Shown in pieces: positions 11,832 to 23,220 of a stretch of 64,000 nt of DNA. A model generated the notes under the pieces. The model searched no databases. It worked only from the letters and a program-made list of their open reading frames with translations, and was not told where the DNA came from. Both the position numbers and the translations under genes were made by a program. This stretch comes from Eledone cirrhosa. Taxonomy: Eukaryota. The stretch is taken from positions 124,001 through 188,000 of the forward strand of contig OZ024747.1 of NCBI GenBank assembly GCA_964016885.1, written 5' to 3'. Position 1 is the first letter of the stretch. Each line of letters starts with the position of its first letter.

Positions 11832-14800
11832 TTTTTTTGTTGTTGTTTTTCAATGGAGGCAGGCACTGAAAGGACCAAGATTTTAGCTGGACCATCTCCC
11901 AGAGTCCTTCCATCATAGCAATATGATGTCTCTTTTTTTGGCCTGGGATTCCCCGGAAGCCTGTGGCGCATTGAAGGCAGACAGAGATGCGACAGGTTCC
12001 ACATTCGACCCAGCGATTACGGAACGAGTTTTCGGGTTCCGTACAAATATGGTAGGTGTGATTTTCTGGGCAATGTTCTATTTTGGAACATCGACCAGTT
12101 TTGTCGCATACTTCATCCATGGATATCACCATGGCAATTTTGTTATTTCTGCCCATCCGTAGAAAAACACAGAATGTAGACAATATAGGTTTAGCACACT
12201 TGATTACGATAGAAATAAATTTTTTTTCTTATTTTGTGTATTTTTGTTTCCGTTTTCCTAAACATTGTGTGTGTGTGTGTACAAAAGGATCTGTGCATGT
12301 ATGTATAATTAAAAAAAAAAAAGTATGTATAGAAATATATATATATAACCCATGTAAGCACGGGGAATAGATTTTAAACAGAAATGAAGTCAGTGGTTTT
12401 ACTGGAGTTTACGATACTTTCATTATAGTCTCCCACACTAAATAGTGTGATTTATTTTCACTTTGTGTGTATATATGTGTGTGTTACATATAGATATGTG
12501 TGTATGTTGCTGTTTTATAGAGTTTGGATGTACTTACTGTCCAACGTCGATTTGTTAGTTATGTATATATATGTTAGTTATGTATATATATGTATCCATT
12601 TGTAAACCCATGCTAGCGTGGAAGATAGACGTTAAACGATGATGATAATGATTCACATTTCAGGGTCAACTTCCTTTCAAAGTATTTTCCCATTATGCGC
12701 CCTTTTGGCTGTATTACATTACAGACAAGCAAGCAATCGCAGAGTTTTAGTAATATATAGATAGATACACAGATAACATACATTCAGTATCTATCTCTTG
12801 CTCGCTCTCCTTTATATATATATATATATATATATATACACTCATAAATGAGGGATGCCTCAAAGGTTCATAGGCTGAGAAAGATACTCTCATGAAATGA
12901 CCAAATGAAGTTTATTTTTCAACATAGTTCCTGAAAAGAAACAATGCAGTTATTTATAAGAAGAGTTGAAATTAATCATGCAAGATTTCACAGCTCTAGC
13001 ATCACTCCTTCATAGTCAGCCTATGAACTTTTCAGCCCACTCTTGTGTGTGTATATATATATACACACACTCACATAGAAATGAACAGCATATAATTAGG
13101 TGTTAACGAAACATTTCCTATTGTAGGTCAACCTGGAGGGGGTCACCTGTCTTATTCAATGATGTATGACCCATCAACCCAATATACATCCATCAGTGGG
13201 ATGCCAACACCTGCACCAGGTAAGTAAGCATTGAACTTCCCTGTTTGGTTTTTTGAAAGACATTTTAAACTTAACTGCACCATAGTGACTTTTAACTCCT
13301 ACACTTTATCACTTCATCACACCTCTTATCTTTATTCTATCATACAGTCTCTCTCTCTTTTCTCTCTTTATATCTTTGTCTCTGTCTTTTCATTTCTGTT
13401 TGTCTGGCTCTCTCTATTTTTAACTCTTTTTTTATCTGTTTTTGTCTCTCTTTTTACCCTCCCCCTTTCTCTCTCTCCATCTGTTTCTGTCGGGCTGGCT
13501 GACTCTCTCTTTAAGCTTCTTTATCTCTTTTTTGTCATCTGTCTACCTTAATATTGAGGGCTGGCTCTTTCCCCTAGAGATACGTGTGAACGCGTATACC
13601 CACTACCCATACAGTTATAGTAATCGATGTAGAGAAACACTAATCATAGTTATAGTTCGTTAATAATTCATAGCCACTGGTGGAGTAATTTGTAATCTTG
13701 GTATGGATATGATTATATTTCGTCCAGTAAGTATTGCTTATCTATTTTTTATTTTTGTTTTTGTGTTTTTTTTTTTTTTGTTGTCTTTTCTCTTCTTATT
13801 TATTGTAGGATCTGCACCAATTCATAGTTCTACGCCTATGGTTCAACCACATCCTCAACAACAACAACAGCAACAACAACCGTTCTCCCAGTCTTACCAC
13901 TCAAGTATATTGGGACGTTGTTCTGCTGCTGGTCATGATGTAGTATTCTCTGGCAAACATAATGGCATCTGTCTGTATCTGTCACGGATCCTCAGGTAAG
14001 CATAATGACACCTGTATTAGTTTTTTTGTTTTTTATGTTAACCCTTTCCTCAATATTTTTTATGAAATACACCACTTACAATTTTCAAATCATCATCATT
14101 GCATAGGTTAGACGGGTCTTTTTCAGCACAGTATCTCTGTCAGTCTCAGCAATTTGAGATCAGCTCTCATCAGCTCTGCCCAGTCTTTCTCGGTTTACCT
14201 CTACTGCGTCTTCCTACCAGTGGGATTTCCTGGCACTTCACTCAGCGATCATTATCCATGCACATCACATGCCCGTAACAACAGTCTTCTCTCTTGTACA
14301 CCACTTTGGATTCCTTTTAAACCCAATTTCTCCCTCAGTTCATCCAAGCTCTGCCTTTTTCTCAAATGAATTTTAAAATAAGAATTTGAAGGGATTTAGT
14401 AATATAACTAACTTTCTCATGAAGCTAATGTTTAAACATAACATAAAAGTTCTTACATAAAATTAAGATTGAAGGTTTTTAGATAATAATAGACACATTA
14501 AAATAAACAGCCTAGTATTGTGGAGATCTTTAAGGCAGTTTAGTATCAAAAAGGTTATATTAGTTTAGAAATTTGACAGTTTTAATAAAAAAAAAAATTA
14601 TTATATTTTTTTTTATTATAGTTTAAAACATAACTAACAAAAAGTTTTGTATATAAAATTATGATGGAAGGTTTTAATTTAAATATGGACACTTTAAAAT
14701 ACACCATAATATATACTTCATAATTTCTGTAAAGTGGTTGCCATTTGTAAGGAAGTCTCTTCTGTCACATCAAAGGCCTGACAACCTCTCAAGTGTTGGT

Positions 14801-17800
14801 GCCACAAAATGCATCCAATATCATATCATCATCGTCATTTTAACATTCACTTTCCCTGCTAGCAAGGGTTGGACAGTTCTATATAGACAAGTCACTACTG
14901 AAGCAGGGCTTAATACCTCCCAGACAGGTCGATGTGTCTGCATCTCACTTATGTATGGTGTCACAGTCAACCGAGTGCATAAGTGAAATTGTCACAACTG
15001 AAGGGGCCTCCCAACTCTTTGTTTGGCAAGCTTTTTACAGCGTGAACTGGGTGTATTTATTGTTTAGTGAAAGTTTGGATGGGCATCAAGCTTTTGAAAA
15101 CAAGGAAAAAACAAAAGGACATTGGTTTGTTGACCCGCCCAGGTAGTCAGTAGCTCCAGTACTGACTTGGTCTCTTACAACCTGTCTAGCCCATTTCAAC
15201 TAAGAAAAGACATAAAAAGATGGTGATGACTTTAAAATGGGCTGTTTTGTATAATAGAACTAGAGTTGATCTCATGTAGGATGGAAGCAAAAGGGTTAAG
15301 TTATTCTTTTTGCTGATGTTGAATTATCTCTGATGAGCTATATTTACACAGAACTACTTCTCACACACATTTAGTTGGTAGATGTTTTAAGCTATGGCCA
15401 TGTTGTATTTTTGTGGGTTTTTTTCCATAGAGCCTGCTATTGTTGGAACTTAGGAATGAATAATATACATGTTTAAGACTGTAGGCAATTGCATATATGT
15501 CTGAAGTAGAGATTTTGAAATGTTATATTTGCAAGGTATATGATTATGTCAGAGTTCTAAAAAGTACTTTTGTTGGCTTATGTTGTTGTTGTTACGTCTG
15601 CCCCAATTAGGCATATCTATGATCAAAACATTATAAGATGTCTCCCTTTCTTTTAAGCTGGTGCAGCATTTGAGGGAGATCTGCCTATTATTTTAAGCAG
15701 ATAGAACAACAGTATAAAAGCATCACCATTGATTTACATATATATTGTTATTTATTTTGTATGTTGTCATAAAATATAATTCAATATAGTATGTTATATG
15801 GTATGTTATGATGTAGGTTGGAAAGTATGGACTCTTTTAGTCCACCCTGTATGGTGGTAGGGCTGGTACCTCAACACAAATCGCCTAGCCCACCCTGTAT
15901 GGTGGTAGTGTTGGTGCCTCAACAAAAATCTCTGTCCAACCTGTATGGTGGTAGTGCTGGTGACATAACAAAAATCACTCAGTCGACACTGTATGGTGGT
16001 AGTGCTGGTGACACAACCAAAATCACCCAATCCACCTGTAAGGTGGTCATGCTGTTGCTACAACAAAAAGTACCTTGTCTAGAGTAGATCTAGTACTTAT
16101 TTGTTTGTTAAAAGTGAAAGTATTTTCATTATGTCTTTAAATTCTCTATTTTACAGACCTATTTGGGATCAATATATAGTTTCTGAATATCATTGTAAAA
16201 CTGATGGCGAGTCTATTACTTATGTAAGTATGTTTGTCTTTATTTTTTCTTCTTTCCCCAAAGACAACTCCAGTAAGAAATTTTATAAATTCATGTCTTC
16301 CTTTAACATTGGACTTTTTAAATTTGTCAGCTTTATGTATATCAACCATATGACTGAAATTCTGGCACTTAATTCAGCTCCTGCCTTCCATCACTCATGA
16401 AAATGGCCCCAAGATACTAGGTCTTCTCCACTTGCTTTGGTGTAGCTCCATTCACATATAGAGTACATTGTGCAGGCTTACTTGAGAGGATGAGTGTATC
16501 AGTCTTTTGCAGCACTGATTTTCATTCCTGCTGTGCAATACTTGGCAGCAAACCTATCAAGTGCATGTTGGAGATCACCTTCTCTCGAGTTAATTAATAC
16601 CATGTTATCTGCAAATTCCAGCCGACTGATCTGAGCAAGATGGCTGGATAACATTCATGAGCTCAGCTGGTCTCGCTTGGGGATCCAGCCAGATCAGTTG
16701 GAGATGGTTGCTTCTGACAGGACCCATAAGAAGGCATGTTTTAGGACTCTGCCCCGCAACCCTCCCAGGAATAAGTGGGTGAAGACGAACTATGGCTGAA
16801 AGATATCTTAATGAAGTGTTCTGTATACTAGATACTCATACATATGTCATAGAATGAGTCAAAAAACTTCAATCAACTGTGATTATCCATGCAATTAGTA
16901 GACAAAATTTTCCTCCCTATATGTATAAAATCTTATAACAATAGGCAAGTGGAATGACTCAAATAAAATAAGTTAAGCCACCAATTAACTCTCATTAAGA
17001 ATACTTATGATGAAGGTTCCAACATTTTGTAGTTATTGCAGGCTACATGTCAGGCTGTCAGCAGATGTGTGGGAGATCACCCTCCTTGAAGTGAGAGATC
17101 ACCCTCCTTGAAGTAAGAGCTCACTCTCCCTGAAGTAGGAGCTCAGTCTCCCTGCCCTGGGAGCTCAGTCACCCTGAAGTGTGCTTTGTCCAACCCAGTT
17201 AAGATGGTGCTAATTTATTGTTTTGAACTCAAAACATAAAGGGCTGTAACTATATGCCACAAAGCATGTCCGACATTCAACCGATCCTACCGTTTTCCTG
17301 ATGATGATCATCATCATAATTATGTTTCTACTTTTGGCACAAGGCCAGCAAATACCCCAACACATTACTGGTTCTTTATTTTATTGACCCAGTAAGGATA
17401 AAAGATAAAGCTAACCTTGGCGGGATTTGAGCTCAGAACGTAAAGGGTCATAACTCTATGTTGCAATGCATGGTGTCTGACGCTCTACCGATACTGCCAA
17501 ACCACCGCCCTGATAATAATAATAATACCTCTCATCATATCTCCTGTTTTCAGTGTCACATTGGATATTTTATTTCTTTATATATTTTTTCCCATGTGCA
17601 GCTTGTGTGTAAGTTCACCAGTGAACAACTGCAGAATACCTCAATTCTAGTGCGCAATGTGTCAGATTTTATAGACTTCAACACTCGCCTCGATTCACCT
17701 CTAGCGGCTAACAGGTATGTCAATTTTACAAATGCACGCACACACACACATGTAATTGTTTGATAGTATTTCAATGTTGACATGTCTGACAGCATCTTGT

Positions 17801-20800
17801 CACTCCTTTGTCATCAGTGAATTGGCAGTCATTAGAACATCAGCATGCTTTGCAGTTTTTGTTCTGGCACTCTGCTCTCTCTTTAAATCCCACCGAGGTC
17901 AACTTTGCTTTCCATTCATTCGAGTTCAATAAAAAAAAAAGTACCAGTCAAGTACTAGGGTCAATTCTTCCTCTATATCTCTTTCTCATTTTCTCTTTCT
18001 TTCACTTTCTATCCTTTTTCGGAAGAAATCTTCTGAACTCAGACATGGAGAGGAGATGGATACAAAAATAGCTAAGAAACAGTGTATGTCAATATGGCGT
18101 CCTTGCAATTCCCTCAGGAGTTACGGGACCATACCATATAGATATATTTATATAGGGGGTTCAGTAGATTTGTGGTTTACTGAGATGGGTACCAAAATCA
18201 ACACTCTGTGGTAAGGCAGAGTGTATATATTGAAAACAAAGCAAGGTTTCACTGCTTGGTTAACAAGTCTGATGAGCAGATCCGGCTGGAGTCGAGTCTA
18301 TAGCATTTATCTAGATCCTGAGCCACCCATCTGTGAAATGGTCGTAATTGTCTATTACCAATAAAGACCTTAACCCTTTAGCATTCACATTAATTTTCAA
18401 ATGTCATGCTTATCTATTCACATTATTTTGCAGTGGATTGGCAGTATCGGTAGAGGGTCGGACACTATGGTTTGACGCATAGTTACGCCCCTTGCCATTC
18501 TGAGTTCAAATCCCGCCAAGGTTAAGTTTGCCTTTCATCCTTACGGGGTCGATAAAATAAAGTACCAGTAATGCACTGTGTAATTGCTGGCCTTGTGCCA
18601 AAAGTAGAAACAATTATTTTGAGTTAACCATATACTCAAGAGAGTTATCAATTTTATTTGTTTATAATTTTCTTAATTTTCTATGTGCAGACTCGAAATT
18701 TTGTCAGTCGATGTTAAAATATCAATAATTTACAATTGTATATTTTTACTGATTTTTTTTTTTTTTTTTTTTTTTTGTTAAATTTGACTTTTATGGGCAG
18801 GTGAAATTAATTAACAGGTGTAAAAGTAATGACTTTATGGATAAACACAAAAATCAAAACTTTATCTGACTTACCTGTTAGATTTGTTACAAAAAATATC
18901 CAACAATGACCTAGATGTTGACTTCCAACAATTTTAGCACTTTTCCGAACAGGTGAATTAATTTAAAATGCAGGTATAATCAGTACACGGTTTTAGTCTG
19001 TCTCTACATTCCATGCAAATATTTTCATTGAAAAAAATGTATAAAACTCTTTCACCAGTCAAAATAATATTGGCAATATACTCTTACACAATGTACTCAG
19101 TAGATTTAAAAAGAATGTGCTGAATATATAAGTTCATTAACAGGTGTGACACAGGTGAATGCAGGTGTTTTTGTATCTAATGTGTTACAATATATTTTTT
19201 AAATATTTTTTTCAATATTGTCAGACGATATTTCTATCATGATATTGGCCAAAACAGCCTTTACATAATGGCACTTTGCTAAAGGAACACATAAACAAGG
19301 TTTCAATTGCATAACCTTTAGTAGTTTATCTCTTTTGCAAAGAGCACATTCGGCAAACCTTCCTCCCATCAATTTTCTCCACTTTGTGAAAATCAATATT
19401 TTCTTTGTTAACCTCAGATAATTTTGACTTTCTCTCAGCTTTGTGTTTGCGAGAAGTATATCCTCCATGTAACTGAGATGCTACGTCTACACAAAATTTC
19501 ATGTGGCTGTAGTCCTTTGGTGGTGGCGGATCCTTGTGGCTTTTAGTGAATACAATAAAAGAATTCACAATGGTTAAATTCACTAAAAAACCACAAGATA
19601 TATCTCCACCATTTCTTTCCAGGGTGTCCAACTGGGTAGTAGGCACAATACTGGTCGGACTTGTCAACCCCGCCCATATATTTAGTGTAGGAGAAGTTGA
19701 CTAAAGGTTTACCTTCAGCCCCAACTCCTGGTTGTTGGTTAGAAGATAGGAACAAAATTTGCCGTTCGTCTTTGTAGAATGTGGCTAACATGTTCCCTTT
19801 TTGCACTTGGAGAATGTCACCTCTCTTTTTAAATTTTGTGACTTTTATTTCTTGGGGTAGCCCTTTGCGATTCCTCATTATTGTACTGCAGGTGTACGTA
19901 TTTACGAGGGCAAGATCCTCTGTTAGAAGCACTGAAGAAAAAAAAAACGGTCAAAATATATGTGTCTGTGTTGAGAGTGGAAGAGTTTGGTCAGAGACCA
20001 CATAATATCGTACCCCAATCCATTTAGTGGGTTTAGCTGGCATGTATTGTCTGAAATGTACTCTACCCTTATACCCAATCATAACTTCATCAACACTAAG
20101 ATTTTTCCCAGGTATATATACCGTTTAAAATTTTTCAGATAGCATTTTAATTACTGGTCGAACTTTATACAGAGGGTCATAATTCAAATCATTTCTACTG
20201 GGGGCATTTGAAGTATGAACCAGGTGCAAATATTGGTTTAATTTTGAATACCTTTTTTTTGCCATAATGCTTGATATATAAGGGTCACTAAACCTTACAT
20301 CAGTGCTCCAGTAATTCCACAGTCTTGGAAATTGTTTTATACCAAACATAATGTTTATGATAAAAAAACGCTTGCATCTCCGCAGCATCTGTCGGTTGCC
20401 ATAACAGATCGGGTTTTCTTTGAGTTGAAATCTGCTGTTGGGCATATCGATTTGACTCTTTTGCCACAATTTCGAAGAAAGTGTGTGGCAAAAACAAAAA
20501 GAAATAATTCAGTGCTTTAGCATTGGGAGGTAATGTGTGTTGTGGACCAATATTTCCAACAAAATTGGGAACATATATTGGTGTGGTATTTTTCAACCAC
20601 GTTGCTGTAATATCTTCAATGGCATCCTGGAGATCTTCTTCGCTTTCACTTTCAAAACAATCATCGTCGGACGAAATTTCAAAAATGTAAACATCTGATT
20701 CATTTGAAGATAAATCACTGATATTATCTTTTATTTCTTGTTCATTCTGAATGTCGTCGTGTGTAAAACCTTCAAAGTCGGTATTGCTACTTTCACAAGC

Positions 20801-23185
20801 CATGTTGATACACAAAAAAATCTGTTCTACTTTCAACGTTAAAAAAACGTGTTGTTTTAAGTTGTTTCACTATATTAAGTGTTAATTTTCACAGTAAGGG
20901 CCTAATCTCACAGTAATCTCGAATTGACGAGATTTTGATGACAGTATTGTTTATTTTTAGAACGATATTTTAGTGTGGGTGTTATTGGCCGGTTTAGGCT
21001 GGTTTGAACAAATGAAGGAAATAATTGCGGCCGGTTTGGGGCGGTTTGAACACTAAAGGGTTAATGTGAAGTCTTGTTTTGTTTTCAATATATATATGTA
21101 ACTCTGATTTTGTCCCTCAGTATTGTGTGCACGTGATGTATTTCTTGTTTATATCTCGTTGTCCTTATCCATTTTTGCAATCTTTTCAGCCCCACACCTG
21201 GGCACCCAACTACTTTGAGAATGACTGGTCCTCATTATGATGGCCACCACATGGATGAACAAACAAGAAAACAATGGCAAAGTATGTTCTCTCTCTCTAT
21301 TATAATCAACAGCTTCACATCCACTTTTGTCATAAACTAGCCAAATTATATTTTAGGCTTTTTTCTTTTTACTATCTCTGGATGTCCTTCCTGGTGCCAA
21401 CCCATGCTATATTTTTAAGTATGGTATATACTGTTTAGTTGTAGGATATAAATAAATTTTTATATGAAGACAAACACATGTAGACATACTTTTATATGCT
21501 GACAATCTGGATTTGATAGCCATATCTATGGAAAAGTTAGAGAAGAAATTCCTCCTGTGGAAACAGAACTTAAAATCAAAAGTCTCCAAATAAACTTAAC
21601 AAAGATCAAAAGTTTAGTAAGTAGGAAAGAAAACAGGACTCTGATGCCATCAGGGAAGTGGCTGTGTTCAATATGTCAACAAGGAGTAAGAAAGAACTCT
21701 ATATGATGTACACAATGCAAAATATGGCTACATGAGATGTAGTGGGATAGTAGGGAGGCTAACAGAAATATCAGTTTTTGTATGTGATAGAATGCACAGG
21801 AAGAGTTAGAAAAAAACTAGCAAAATAAACTTTTTTCCAAACCCAGAAAAGTTACATAGTAGTTGATAGCTTCTGTTATATATATATTAAGAAAAATGAA
21901 GTTTCATTTGCATGTATTTAGGTTTTTGTGTATCAACTGTTACGTGTGTTTCACAGAGGATTGGCTCAAGATCACCCATAGAGGTTATGGGCCTGACTCC
22001 AGTATCAATTTCTTCAGACTGGGTATTCAAAAAATAATACAGTATTATATGCATACTTATATCTTTCTCTTTGTTTGCTTTCCCATTTTATTTTCCCGTC
22101 TGTCTTTATGATTGTCTGTGTAGCTGTCTTTCAGAGGATGTAAATACAGTGTGGGATATAATTAACAAACTAGCTTCTTAAGAAATGTGAATATAAACAA
22201 AACTTTAGTGATATTTCACCTTATTCCAAAAGTAATGTATATGTAATTCATATGTTTACATAGTTAAATTAAATATTCAAAACGCTGCTCATTTGCAAAC
22301 ATTCCATTATTGTTTCTTTGTAATCATTAAGCTAATTATGGCCCACCCTATCACATTTGCTGTGTCTTTTATCAATATTCAATTGCATCATCATTTAATG
22401 TCCATTTTTCCAGATTTACATGGGTTACACGGGTCATTGCTTTATGAGACAGGTCAGGTGAACAAGCATCTATACTTTGGTTTGGTTTCTGCAGCTAGAT
22501 GTCCTGTCTAACACCAACCACAATGACTGCGGACTGGGTGCTTTTTACCGTGGTACCAAAAAGACCCCCTTACAGGGTGGACTCAGTGTTTTATGTTGTC
22601 ACCAGCATGAACATCTTACAGGGTGTACTGGGTGCTTTTTGTTGTATCACCAACCATCCTGACCATAATTGTATATTTCATATAACATTTTCGCTTCCCT
22701 TTAACATTCTTTTCCAGTTGAGTGCCAGAATGTTGAAAGAGCATCTTTACAGAATGTACGAGAGTTGATCACCCAAGTGGAGCAAGTTCTCAGTCTACTC
22801 AAAGTCTTGGTTGATCACCAATTTCACATGTTGGCTAGAGAACTGAATCAGGTGAATATATATATATGGATTTATACACAAGTTACCACATGCACACAAA
22901 CACTTATGCACACACGCATACAAACACACACACAAAGTGGGGTGATGGATTTTGCCTCAGTTTTGTCAGTGAATGTTCTAGTTGTATGCTCACCAGAACT
23001 ACATACACCCATGGCTGAGTATTCCGAGTACACTTCAGATCGTCCTGAGGGAGATTCAGCATGACAGAATGTGATAGGCTGGTCATCTGAAATACATTAC
23101 GGTTCATTTGATTTTCAATCTATCTTTGGTTTAACCAAACACAGAAGACACTTGCTCAGGCTGAGTGATTACCCCTGCTTATATA

Positions 23186-23220
<35 letters not shown>

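Larger units (their letters stand above)
6851..12761 (-). mobile_element. Non-autonomous Helitron-like element split by a LINE insertion
   Basis: Minus-strand 3' end has hairpin CGTGACC-ccaca-GGTCACG then CTAG|T at 6851; minus-strand 5' end A|TCTATATATTACTAAAACT near 12761 resembles the start of the element at 33383. Pairing of the two ends is inferred. Confidence 0.6.

Noticed and set aside
18430-18530. tRNA gene (A and B boxes), also near 31215-31285
   Set aside because: No full cloverleaf seen; the heads continue into multi-copy SINE bodies
19199-20836. Domesticated PGBD-type host gene
   Set aside because: Multiple frameshifts and stops with intact TIRs and TSDs indicate a decayed transposon
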